Assembly (NCBI GenBank): GCA_951406725.2
Contig: OX597815.1
Span: 4,154,001 to 4,218,000 of the forward strand
Direction: 5' to 3'
DNA from: Octopus vulgaris
Lineage: Eukaryota
DNA: 64,000 nt
Shown piece after piece: positions 1 to 11,282 of this stretch. The notes under the pieces are model-generated. The model worked only from the letters and a program-made list of their open reading frames with translations, was not told where the DNA came from and did not search any database. The stretch's first letter is position 1. Each line of letters begins with the position of its first letter. A program made the translations under genes and the position numbers.

Positions 1-1692
1 GCTGGCATCAGCCATGTTCGGATGGTGCTTTTTATGTGCCCCAGGCACAGAAGCCAGTCGGGCGGCACTGGCATCGGCGTTCGGATGTGCTTTTTATGTG
101 CTACCGGCACAGAAGCCAGTCGTGGCAACGGCCACATTCGGATGGTGCTTTTTGCTGTGCCACCGGCACAGAAGCCAGTTGGGGCAGCGCTGGCATCGGC
201 CACGTTCGGATGGTGCTTTTTATGTGCTACCGGCACAGAAGCCAGTCGAGGTGGTGCTGGCAACGGCCACATTCGGATGGTGCTTTTTATGTGCCACCGG
301 CACAGAAGCCAGTTGGGGCAGCGCTGGCAACGGCCACGTTCGGATGGTGCTTTTTATGTGCCACCGGCACTGAAGCCAGTCGAGGTGGTGCTGGCAGCGG
401 CCACGTTCGGATGGTGCTTTTTATGTGCCACCGGCACAGAAGCCAGTCGAGGTGGTGCTGGCAACGGCCACGTTCGGATGGTGCTTTTTATGTGCCACCG
501 GCACAGAAGCCAGTCGAGGTGGTGCTGGCAACGGCCACGTTCGGATGGTGCCACCGGAAAAGCCAGTCGTGGTGCTGGCAACGGCCACTTATGTGCCACC
601 GGCACAAGCCTTCGGAGTGGTGCCCTTGCAAGCCGTTCGGTGCTTTTTATGTGCCACCGGCACAGAAGCCAGTCGAGGTGCAGTGCTGGCAGCGGCCACG
701 TTCGGATGGTGCTTTTTATGTGCCACCGGCTGAAGCCAGTCGAGGTGGTGCTGGCAACGCTGCCACGTTCGGATGGTGCTTTATGTGCACCGGCACAGAA
801 GCAGTCGAGGTGGTGCTGGCAACGGCCACGTTCGGATGGTGCTTTTTATGTGCCACCGGCACAGAAGCCAGTCGAGGTGGTGCTGGCAACGGCCACGTTC
901 GGATGGTGCTTTGTGTGCCACCGGCACAGAAGCCAGTCGAGGTGGTGCTGGCAACGGCCACGTTCGGATGGTGCTTTTTATGTGCCACCGGCACAGAAGC
1001 CAGTTGGGGCAGCGCTGGCAACGGCCACGTTCGGATGGTGCTTTTTATGTGCTACCGGCACAGAAGCCAGTCGAGGTGGTGCTGGCAACGGCCACGTTCG
1101 GATGGTGCTTTTATGTGCCACCGGCACGAAGCCAGTCGAGGTGGTGCTGGCAACGGCCACGTTCGGATGGTGCTTTTTATGTGCCACCGGCACAGAAGCC
1201 AGTCGAGGTGGTGCTGGCAACGGCCACGTTCGGATGGTGCTTTTTTATGTGCCACCGGCACAGAAGCCAGTCGAGGTGGTGCTGGCAACGGCCACGTTCG
1301 GATGGTGCTTTTATGTGCCCCAGGCACAGAAGCCAGTCGAGGTGGTGCTGGCAACGGCCACGTTCGGATGGTGCTTTTTATGTGCCACCGGCACAGAAGC
1401 CAGTCGAGGTGGTGCTGGCAACGGCCACATTCGGATGGTGCTTTTTATGTGCCACCGGCACAGAAGCCAGTCGAGGTGGTGCTGGCAACGGCCACGTTCG
1501 GATGGTGCTTTTTATGTGCACCGGCACAGAAGCCAGTCGAGGTGGTGCTGGCAACGGCCACGTTCGGATGGTGCTTTTTATGTGCTACCGGCACAGAAGC
1601 CAGTCGAGGTGGTGCTGGCAACGGCCACGTTCGGATGGTGCTTTTTATGTGCCACCGGCACGGCCAGGAGGTGGTGCTGGCAACGGCCACGT
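1..1692 (-). repeat. Tandem array (~25 copies) of a ~67-bp unit derived from the RTE-LINE 3' UTR repeat; runs off the window start
   Basis: Unit gccagtcgaggtggtgctggcaacggccacgttcggatggtgctttttatgtgccaccggcacagaa recurs with period 67 (e.g. 241 and 308). Its reverse complement matches the repeats in RTE 3' ends at 6826-7203, 21780-22320 and 57180-57442. The long ORFs over it are repeat artefacts. Confidence 0.95.
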
Positions 1693-1699
1693 TTGCACG

Positions 1700-1990
1700 G
1701 CCACATTGTGCCACCGGATGGGTATCACAACTTTGAAAAAGCTAAAATGGTGATGATTGAAGAAATTGGAAAGTTATTGAGACTTGACATTTGAAGTGGA
1801 GTGTAATCATAAAGCCTCAAGAGTGAATGGTGATCCCCATTGTGCTTGGTGCACTCGGAACCATCTCAGAAGATGGCAAAAAAGCTGGTGAGAAAGAGTT
1901 GGAATTACCAGACATGATCGCAAGTGCTCAGTTGGTGGCCATTCTTGGAACAATGCATGCGTTGAGGAAAGTGTTGCATCTCTAAGCTGC
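1700..1990 (+). mobile_element. Decayed C-terminus of an R4/Dong-like (restriction-like endonuclease) non-LTR retrotransposon
   Basis: Translates with frameshifts to ...VIPIVLGALGTISE...AQLVAILGTMHALRKVLHL*, matching the typical 'PIVIGALG...LLGTA.ILRKVL' tail of RLE-bearing LINEs. Confidence 0.7.
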
Positions 1991-2251
1991 AGGAAGGAGC
2001 AGGAGATGTGATATAGGAACAGGCGTGGCTTTGTGGTATGGACTTTGCTTCCCTACCACATGGTTCTGGGTTCAGTCCCACTGCATGGCACCTTGACCAA
2101 TAGTCTTCTACTATAACCTTAGGTCAACCGAAGCCTTGTGAGTGGATTTGATGGAAACTGATAGAAGCACATCGTGTGTATGTGTGTGTGTTTGTGTGTG
2201 TGCATGTTTGTGTGTCTGTGTTTGCCACCCCCTTTTATATTATGTATGTAT

Positions 2252-2415
2252 GCAGGAGTGGCTGTGTGGTAAGTAGCTTGGCTACCAATCACATGGTTCC
2301 AGGTTCAGTCCCACTGCGTGGCACCTTGGGCAAGTGTCTTCTACTATAGCCTTGGGTCAACCAAAGCCTTGTGAGTGGATCTGGTAGATGGAAACTGAAA
2401 AGAAGCCCCCTCGTA

Positions 2416-2480
<65 letters not shown>

Positions 2481-2700
2481 GTATGTGTGTGTGTATATGT
2501 TTGTGTGTCTGTCTTTGTCCCCCCAACATCGCTTGACAGCTGATGTTGGTGTTCATTCCCTGTAACTTAGTATGGTTTGGCAAAAGAGACCAATAGAATA
2601 AGTACTAGGCTTACAAAGAATAAGTCTTGGAGTCGATTTGCTCGACTAAAGATGGTGCTCCAGCATGGTCACAGTTAAATGACTGAAACAAGTAAAAGAG
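2252..2700 (+). mobile_element. tRNA-derived SINE, family 1 (octopus OK/OR-type), full length with internal (TA)n
   Basis: Head gcaggagtggctgtgtggtaag...ggttcagtccc (A/B-box-like), then ccttgggcaagtgtctt, internal microsatellite and tail ...atgactgaaacaagtaaaagag. A partial copy lies just upstream at 2020-2240. Confidence 0.85.
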
Positions 2701-3530
2701 TATGTATGTATGTATGTATGTATATATCTGTGTACATGTACCCTTGTCTTGGTGTCATCTGATAGTTGTGAATGCGTATCACCACCATATAAGCAATGTT
2801 GTCTGTTTCCTGTCTTTGAAAAATATTTCTGGCCATAAAAAAAAATCTTTTTCTTGGAAACAGATGAAGGTTAGTGACAGGAAGGGTATCCAACTGCAGA
2901 AAATTTTGCCCCAACCAATTCCATCTGACCTATGGAAGCATAGGAAAATTGATGTTATGATAATGATGATGATAACAAGAAAAAATTTATGTAAATGAAG
3001 AAAGAAAAATATGAAGAGACAATATTAAATGAAAATAACTTGAAGAAAAAATATATATCTGAACGGAAAAAAACCATGTCCAAAAACATCCAAAGTCTCG
3101 CATTAAGAGAAATGTGTGTGTGTGTGTTGGTTTTTATGTTTATGACATGTGTAATTATCGAAAGAAGTTATTCCATCAGATAGATCATGTGGACCGGAAT
3201 TGCTATTAGATTGGGTTTAGGTGAAGAATTATGATTAACAGAAGAATATTGACAGAATCATACAAGCAGGCTGATGACCTCAAGTAAAAGTTGTTTTTTT
3301 TTTTACCAATTCCTGAGGTTCTGACTTCAAATTTCATTCAGGTTGACTTTTGTGGGTCAATAAAACGAACCAATAATTGAGTACTAGGGTGTTACTCGAA
3401 GAAATCAACACCAAAACTTATTCTTTGCAAGCCTAGTGCTTATTCTATCAGTCTCTTTTGAACTGCTAATTTGTGGCCAAATAAGCATACCAGCATTGGT
3501 TGTCAAGCAATGGCGAGGGGACAAACATAA

Positions 3531-3566
<36 letters not shown>

Positions 3567-3642
3567 CTAATGTAGGATAAAATTCTTTCGAAACAAAATT
3601 TTATCAATGGCCAGCATATTAAAAAATACCTTTAAAGGTTAT

Positions 3643-3695
<53 letters not shown>

Positions 3696-3726
3696 GTATA
3701 TATATACATATACATATATATTTATA

Positions 3727-4065
3727 GGTGCGGGAGTGGCTGTGTGGTAAATAACTTACTTACCAACCACATGGTTCTGGGTTCAGTCCCATTATGTGAC
3801 ACCTTGGGCAAATGTCTTCTACTATAGCCTCGGGCCGACCAAAGCCTTGTGAGTGGATTTGGTAGACAGAAACTGAAAAAGCCCGTCGTACATATATATA
3901 TGTGTGTGTATGTATGTGTGTGTGTGTGTGTGTGTGTATGTTTACATGTCTGTGTTTGCTCCCCATCACTATCGCTTGACGACCAATGTTGGTGTACTTA
4001 GCAGTGGGACTGAACCCGGAACCATGTGGTTCGTAAGCAAGCTACTTACCACACAGCCACTCCTA
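3727..4065 (+). mobile_element. Family-1 SINE fused to an inverted SINE head
   Basis: The + copy 3727-4000 switches at ~4001 to a reverse-complement head (gcagtgggactgaacccgg...cacacagccactcct). Confidence 0.75.
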
Positions 4066-4410
4066 ATAAACATATTACTCAATCGATAGTCATCTCTTGT
4101 TGTTTTCTTTGACTAACATACTCTCCCCACCACCACCACCTCCGCCACCAATACCATTATTCCATGGTTTCCCATTCTCATCCCCTAATCAGCCCCATTA
4201 TCAACACAGATTACCTTGTACCCATGTAAAATCAAATACCGAAATCCTCGTTAATCCATCGTTAATATTATCATAGTCAGACAAGTTATTACATCACGGT
4301 TTTTATTATCGATCAGTCAGATCTATAAGTACAGAAATAGTAACAATCGCACATCTGTTGCTGACTCATCATCGACATCCAGAATATAAGACATTGTGCG
4401 TGGGGGTGAG

Positions 4411-4442
<32 letters not shown>

Positions 4443-4469
4443 TACCTGTTACACCCCATACATATATAT

Positions 4470-4862
4470 ATATATATATACAAAGCTGAAGTTGTCTGTG
4501 TGTGGCAGGTTTGGTAGCCTTCAACTAACCCTATCTCCTCCGAGACCCTGCAGCGGAAGTTGACCAAAATTGAAAGTATGATAGAAGAAGGTTTGCTCTT
4601 CCTTCCGTAGAAGATAAAATTCAAATCGGACCATGTTAACACCAAAAATTATTTACATCAAAAAGGTGCTTTTTTACCTATGAAAATCCCTATTTTTTAC
4701 GATTTTTTGACAGCTGTATCGCCATTTTTCGGTGTATTTCAACCATAAAAATGTTCACTTAAAGAGAATAACAAGCTACATAATGCAAATTTTTTTATAT
4801 TCAAAAATTCCAATTCTAAAGGGTCGAAACAAACTCGAGCATTGCCAAGCGAAACTACTAGT
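4470..4862 (+). mobile_element. Non-autonomous Helitron-like element embedded in (TA)n
   Basis: Starts tatata(c)aaagctgaagttgtctgtgtg. Ends with a degenerate GC hairpin (ctcgagcattgccaagcg) followed by CTAG-T at 4858-4862. Confidence 0.65.
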
Positions 4863-5564
4863 ATATATATATATATAACTTAGATAAACTTAGATATATT
4901 TCGACCAAAGATTGGTCCAGGCCATGTCTAACTTAATAGCACCACCTGATAGGATTATTCGAATCCTGTTTAAGTCAAGTTTTGTTTAAGTCGAGTTTTG
5001 TTCAAGTAGTGAGTTCTTGTTGGTTGAGTTGTATCCAATTATGGGTGGCTTATCTGGTATTCTTTGAAGGAATCTATCCAGACTCCGTTTAAAGTTGATG
5101 GGATCCTTTTCCTCCTTGATCTCCCTCGGGACAATGTTAAATAGGGCAGGGCCTGTTGAGGAAAAGAAATTATGTTGCAGTGTACATATATGTTGTGATC
5201 TTGAATTGGGCAGGGGACGTATGGCCCGTGGTCCCAGTCTTGGATGAACCTTGAAGCTAATGTTAAGGTCGTTTGGGCAGAGACCAGTTTCAAACGAGTG
5301 TATTTCTAAATGTGTAGATTTTGTTTGAGTCTAAATTTTAAATATTACCAGCTTGAATAATCACTTGTACTATTTTTTTTTTTTTACTGATTGAACAAAT
5401 TTCATTTCATTCCATCTAGTTTCAGCTCACGAGCTGTGGCCATGAATGTTGATGAAGAATTCAACTGTAGGAGTGTAATTGCTGAATTATCCTGCACCGA
5501 AAAAATGCTGGGGACATTCTTAGAGCCACATAGTATGCCAGATCCACTGTTTTTAGAGATGTAG

Positions 5565-6060
5565 CCATCATTATTGTTTAACATCCGCTTTCCATGCTGG
5601 CATGGGTTGGACGATTTGACTGAGGACTGGCGAACCAAATGGCTGCACCAGGCTCCAATCTTGATCTAGCAGAGTTTCTACAGCTTGATGTCCTTCCTAA
5701 CACCAACCACTTCAAGAGTGTCATGGGTGCTTTTACGTTCCACTGGCACGAGGGCCAGTCAGGCGGTACTGGCAACAGCCACGCTCAAATGGTGTTTTTT
5801 ACATGCCACCTGCACAGGAGCCAGTTCAGTGGCATTGGTGACAACCTCGCTCAAATATTTTTTTACATGTACCACCGGCACAAGTGCCAGTAAGGTGATG
5901 CTGGTCACAATCATGCTCGAACGGTGTTTTTTATGTGCCACTGGCACAGGAACCAGTCAGCTACCCTGGCAACGGTCACACTTGGATGGTGCTCTTAGCG
6001 CTCCACTAGCACGGATGCCAGTCATACGGTGCTGTCATCGAATTTGATTCCAATTTTGAT
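5565..6060 (-). mobile_element. RTE-LINE 3' end (3' UTR with ~67-bp repeats and (ATG)n tail)
   Basis: Same sequence family as 30655-31478 and 35135-35833, where it is joined to RTE coding sequence. Confidence 0.8.
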
Positions 6061-6079
6061 TTTGGTTGCCAATTTGAAG

Positions 6080-6800
6080 AAAAGCCAGGATGTTTAGAGA
6101 AAGCCTCACAGTCCTTGCAGTGACCAAAAACACACACACTCTGCTTCTTAGCAGGACTTAAAAGATTGAGTCAAACCCATCAAAATTGATGGTGAAGATT
6201 GGCTCAAGATCGAGGAATCAGTAAAACGACTGTTTCTCGGGCTGTGAGATAAGACCTCCTTATGAAATCGTTCATGAGAAGACACCATAATGTCCTAACT
6301 ATCCGTTCCAAAACCATTCAAGCTGAAAGAAGTCCCAAATTTCTTAGTCATCTGAAACAGTATGGCGGAGAAATTCACATCTTCATGGATGAAAAGAAGT
6401 TCATGGCAGACAAAGTGGTAAACTGGCAAAACACACGAGTGACAGTGCACAACCCTTCCTAAGGTCCTTCAGCTCTGCATAGCAAGAATCCAGCTTCCAT
6501 TATAGTCTTTGGAGCTGTTGCAAGTGATGGGAAATTGATGCCTCCTCATTTTATTGAAGTGGGTCTTAAAATCAACATAGCAGAATATCTGGAAATCTCA
6601 GAAGAAATTTTGTTTCCTTTGATTATGATGCAAGTCGAGTCATGTTTGTACAGGACTCAGCACCTGCTCATTCTTTGAAAAGAGTGCAAGAATTTTTGAA
6701 GAAAGAATTGCCCCCGTTTGTCCCTAAAGATATGTGGCCCTCTAGTACATCAGATTTGAATCCATGAGATTTTTTTTATTATGGGGCACAGTTGAAGCAA
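6080..6800 (+). pseudogene. Decayed Tc1/mariner-superfamily transposase (DD37D/maT-like)
   Basis: Fragments FMDEKKF...NWQNTR, KNPASIIVFGAVASDGK, FVQDSAPAHS and MWPSSTSDLNP, interrupted by stops and frameshifts. Confidence 0.85.
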
Positions 6801-6825
6801 TATCCAACGCAATTTCTCACAACCA

Positions 6826-7203
6826 GTGCCAGTGGCACGTAAGAGAACCATCTGAACGTGGCCATTGCCAGTGCCGCCCCGACTGGCCTCGTGCCGGTGG
6901 CACATAAAAAGCACCATCCGTTCGTGGCCGTTGCCAGCCTCGCCTGGCCCACGTGCTGGTGGCACGTAAAAAGCACCAACCGATCATGGCCGATGCCAGG
7001 CTCTCCTGGCACCTGTGCCAGTGGCACATAAAAAGCACCCACTACACTCACAGAGTGGTTGGCGTTAGGAAGGGCATCCAGCCGTAGAAACACTGCCAGA
7101 TCAGGCTGGAGCCTGGTGCAGCCTCCTGGCTTCCTAGACCCCGGTCGAACCGTCCAACCCATGATAGCACGGAAAACGGACGTTAAACGATGATGATGAT
7201 GAT
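6826..7203 (+). mobile_element. RTE-LINE 3' end
   Basis: Three gtgcc-ggt-ggcac-ntaaaaagcacc repeats, then ttggcgttaggaagggcatccagc and ...ggacgttaaacgatgatgatg tail. Confidence 0.85.
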
Positions 7204-7304
7204 GTTTCATGGCTCGCTACCTCAACAGCTCCTTTATAGGATCCAGTGGCATGATGATGATGATGATATGTTCATATGTATTTATACATATGAGCATATA
7301 CATA

Positions 7305-7497
7305 GGTGTGGGTGGCTGTGTGGTAAGTAGCTTGCTTACCAACCACATGGTTGCAGGTTCAGTCCCATTGCAGGGCATCTTGGGCAAGTGTCTTCTACCA
7401 TAGCCTCAGGTTGATCGAAGCCTTGTGAGGGGATTTTGGTAGATGGAAACTGCAAGAGGCCCATTGTATATATATCATCATCATCATCGTTTATATA

Positions 7498-7531
<34 letters not shown>

Positions 7532-8155
7532 GTCAATCCAAGCATGAACAAGCAAGAAAAAACAACAACACTAGGACGTGGAATAAGTACTGTGTTATTG
7601 GATGCTCAGGAAAGGAAAGAAAAGAAAGGAGATTTCACGTTTTGAGCAGAACTCTTCATCAGGGATATAGAAAAAGTCCAAAGAAGGGAAGACAGAGAAA
7701 GAAAATCACCAACGATATATATAAATATCATCATCATCATCATTTAGCATCTGCATTCCATGCTAGCATGGGTTGGACGGATCAACTGGGGTCTGGGAAG
7801 CCAGAAGGCTGCACCAGACTCCAGTCTGATCTGGCAATGTTTCTACGGCTGGATGCCCTTCCTAACACCAACCACTCCGAAGGTGTAGTGGGTGCTTTTT
7901 ACGTGCCACCGGCACAGGACATATATGTATATATATATGTGCATATTTTTGTGTGTCTGTGTTTGTCCCCCACCCCTCACTTGACAACTGATGCTGGTGT
8001 GTTTATGTCACTGCAACTTAGTGGTTTAGCAAAAGCGACCAATAGAATAAGTACTAAGCTTACAAAAAATAACTCCTGGGGTCGATTTGTTTGACTAAAG
8101 GCGGTGCTCTAGTATGGCCGCAGTCAAATGACTGAAACAAATAAATGAATGAAAG
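7305..8155 (+). mobile_element. Family-1 SINE interrupted in its internal microsatellite by a hammerhead-bearing element (7530-7715) and an RTE 3' end (7728-7920, minus)
   Basis: SINE head at 7305-7470 and tail at 7940-8155, with the nested insertions between them. Confidence 0.75.
7633..7668 (-). ncRNA. Degenerate minimal hammerhead ribozyme motif, family B
   Basis: Minus strand reads CTGATGA-a-gagt-tct-gctc-AAAA-cgtg. It is homologous to 38780-38814, with GAAA mutated to AAAA. Confidence 0.55.
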
Positions 8156-8309
8156 AATATATAATATGTCTATACTGTTATATATAATTCTATACATACA
8201 TACATGCATATGGAGGTATATGAATGTGTGGGTGTTGAGGAAGTTAGAGGAAGGGCAAAGCTGCTCTCCTCAACAGTTCCTCTTAGATTTGTGAGAGGGT
8301 AACAGTTGT

Positions 8310-8725
8310 TGCGGCGAACTGGCAGAAACGTTAGCACGCCGGGCGAAATGCGTAGCCGTATTTCGTCTGCCGTTACGTTCTGAGTTCAAATTCCGCCAAG
8401 GTCGACTTTGCATTTCATCCTTTTGGGGTCGATTAAATAAGTACCAGTTATGCACTGGGGTTGATGTATCTGACTTAATCTGTTTGCCTGTCCTTGTTCG
8501 TCCCCTCTGTGCTTAGCCCCTTGTGGGTAGTAAAGAAATAAATATTTCGTCTGCCGCTACGTTCTGAGTTCAAATTCTGCCGAGGTCGACTTTGCCTTTC
8601 ATCCTTTTGGAGTAGATTAAATAAGTACCAGTTATGCACTGGGGTCGATGTAATCGACTTAATCCATTTGTCTGTCCTTGTTTGTCCCCTCTGTGTTTAT
8701 CCCCTTGTGGGTAGTAAAGAAATAG
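8310..8725 (+). mobile_element. SINE family 2 (ggcggcgagctggcagaaacgttagc...) with two tandem ~184-bp body units
   Basis: B-box-like gagttcaaattcc; the body gtcgactttgcctttcatcc...gccccttgtgggtagtaaagaaat occurs twice. Confidence 0.85.
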
Positions 8726-9123
8726 GTAACAGTTGTTGCTCATCCGTTGAGATCAATCAATGAAGAGAGAAGAAAAGATCGGAGACATGAGAGAAATGTA
8801 AATGGAAGCAATTTTAGCAAGAAGCGTACAGACACACATACACACACACACACACGCACAACGTGCAGGTGATATATATATGTACACACAACACACACGC
8901 ATGCACACACAATAAGGCATATAGAGAGGAAGATAAATGGAGAACCGATAAGATAGATGGAGAGATAAAAACCCATAAATCCAGGTTTTTGCTGCATCGT
9001 TTCCATTTGTTTAAAATAAACATAAACTGCATTGATCTGGGAGCTGCCTGCAAGGGTCAATGACATCCATGCCCTTGCCAGTGTGGATAATTCGCTTAAT
9101 GTAATATATATATATGTGTGTGT

Positions 9124-9430
9124 GGAGGCACAATGGCTCAGTGGTTAGGGCAGCGGACTCGTGGTTGTAGGATCACGGTTTTGATTCCCAGACCGGGCGT
9201 TGTAAGTGTTTATTGAGCGAAAACACCTAAAGCTCCACGAGGCTCCAGCAGGGGATGGTGGCGATCCCTGCTGTACTCTTTCGCCGCAACTTTCTCTCAC
9301 TCTTTCTTCTGTTGGCCTGCTCGCTTAGCCAGCGGGGTGGCGTCATTTAAAGGCTAAAACAATGTGAAGCGCATTGTGACCAGCGATGTGTAGCTACATC
9401 TGATAGCCTGGTCAGTCGTGGTGATCACAG
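9124..9430 (+). mobile_element. tRNA-derived SINE, family 3
   Basis: Head ggaggcacaatggctcagtggttagggcagcggactc...gattcccagaccgggcg. Same head at 12060-12235(-), 32010-32392(-) and 57918-58300(+). Confidence 0.85.
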
Positions 9431-9949
9431 TGATATATATATACATATATATATATGATTTTAAGTGTAGAGACATTTGTGTTTTTATGTGGGTATATAT
9501 AGAAATGTATATATATTTTTCCAATATATTTACATATAACTTGTATTGTGTGTGTGTGTGTATATATATGTATGTATTGTATATACTAAAATATCACATA
9601 TGTATATATCATATATTTATATGTGTATATATATATATAATCAAAATAAAAACTGCTGACATGGATGATGACAGTACCGCCTGATTGGCACTTGTGCCAG
9701 TGGAATGTTAAAAGCACCATCCGAGCATGACCGTTGCCAGGGTCACTGACTGGCTTCCATCTGGTGGCATGTAAAAAGCACCATTTGAGTGTGATTGCTG
9801 CCAGCATTGCCTTACAGGCACATGTGCTGGTGGCACGTGAAGATCAACATTCAAACATGGTCATTGCCAGTGCCGCCAGACTGGCTCCCATGCAGGTATC
9901 ACGTAAAAAAGGACAATCTGAACGTGGTCAGGTGTTGCAAAGAGTGACC

Positions 9950-10765
9950 AGAAATGGCACGAGACTGGGGTGTTATTGCTGAGTCGGATATCTCGGAGGT
10001 GTTCCGCAAACCGGTCAGCCAAGTAGTGTCTTGTTTGCCCGATGTATAGAGAAGGGCAGAGAGAGCAGGAAATGCAGCAGATGACATTGGTAGAAGTGCA
10101 GGTGAGGGAGTCGGTGATGTGATAGGGTTGATGATGGGTGCCAGTGAGGAGGGTGGTGTTGGAGAGGTAAGAACAAGTGTGGCAGCATGGGCAGGGGCAG
10201 GGGAACAAGCTGGGTTGGGTGGTTGGGTTAGGGAAGAAGCTGTGGACCAAGAGGTCTCATAGGTTGTGGGCTCATTTGAAGAAAGGGAGGGGTTGGTTAG
10301 GAAAGATGTGCAAAGTGGAGGGGTCGGACTGGAGTCGCTGGAAGGCTTGGAGAATGGTGCGTTGGAGAGGTAGGGTGGTAGGTGAGGGGAGACGGCAGGG
10401 CAGGTGCGGGGGGAAAGCCAGATGCACGGTCCATGGAATGTGCTCTGGCAAGAGCAGTGAGAGGATATCCATGTAGGATGAAGTCTCAGTCACGGTCGTC
10501 ACTACAGAGCCTGCATAGACGGAGGAATTGGGAATAGGGGATGGAAAGCTTGGTGTGTTTAGGGTGGGAGGAGGAGAAGTTGAGGTATGAGTGTGAGTCT
10601 GTGTGTTTGTAGTGGATGCAGGTGATGAGCGCGGAGTGATGAATGCTGACCGAAATGTCAAGAAAAGAGACAGAGGTGTCAGAGATAGCACACTATTGGA
10701 GGGCAGGATGGAAAGATTTGACAAAAGAGAGGAAGGAGTGTAGATGTTCGTGGGGGTCATACTGG
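9950..10765 (-). pseudogene. Penelope-like element relic: RT thumb region plus GIY-YIG endonuclease
   Basis: Minus-strand translation gives FLDISVSI...YKHTDSHSYLNFSSSHPKHTKLSIPYSQFLRLCRLCS, then CTSTNVICCISCSLCPSLYIGQTRHYLADRFAEHLRDI. Frameshifted. Confidence 0.9.
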
Positions 10766-11282
10766 CTTCATTCCTTGCAAGCTAACGCATGTCCTCAGCA
10801 GTCATGGCCCATGTTTCACTGCCATGTAGCATGGCTGTTCATACACATGTGTCATACAGTTTACCTTTTACTCTGAGCGAGAGGCCCTTTGTCACCAGCA
10901 GAGGTGAAAGTTCTCTGAACTTTGCCCAAGCTATTCTTATTCTAGCAGCTACACTTTCAGCACACCCTTCCCCCGCTACTGACTTGGTCACATAGGTAAC
11001 GGAAGCTATCAACTACTTCTAGTTTTTCTCCCTGGAAAGTGACGGAAGTTGCTCTCTGCGCATTTTCAGTGTTTATTGCTCCTGAGCATCTGCCACATAC
11101 TAAAACTATCTTCCTAGTTAGCCTTCCTTTGATATTACTGCACCTCTTATGTGTCCATAGCTTACACTTGGTACATCTTATAGAGTTTCTACCTACACCT
11201 TTTCTACAGATCGAGCAGGGCCATCTACCTGAAGGGATTTGTGGTTTGCCTGCCTTCCTGCTTATTAGGACTTAGGTTTTAA
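10765..11282 (-). pseudogene. RTE-clade LINE reverse-transcriptase fragment with an embedded PHD-type zinc finger
   Basis: Minus strand gives WPCSICRKGVGRNSIRCTKCKLWTHKRCSNIKGRLTRKIVLVCGRC, then LEVVDSFRYL and ARIRIAWAKFRELSPLL...LHGSETWAMT. Confidence 0.85.

Noticed and set aside
14-1794. Long ORFs (up to 590 aa) and a CRISPR-like periodic appearance
   Set aside because: All frames are open because the 67-bp unit lacks stops. Units are near-identical end to end with no unique spacers and no cas genes, and the context is eukaryotic.
3568-3650. Short TA-flanked piece with TTGATAA...GAAA on the minus strand
   Set aside because: It folds better as a simple hairpin (gataaaatt/aattttatc), with no stem I or cleavage triplet in register.
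9124-9200. tRNA-like sequences at SINE heads (also 27853-27913, 56757-56820, 57918-57995)
   Set aside because: They lack a complete acceptor stem and terminator and run into SINE bodies, so they are not tRNA genes.
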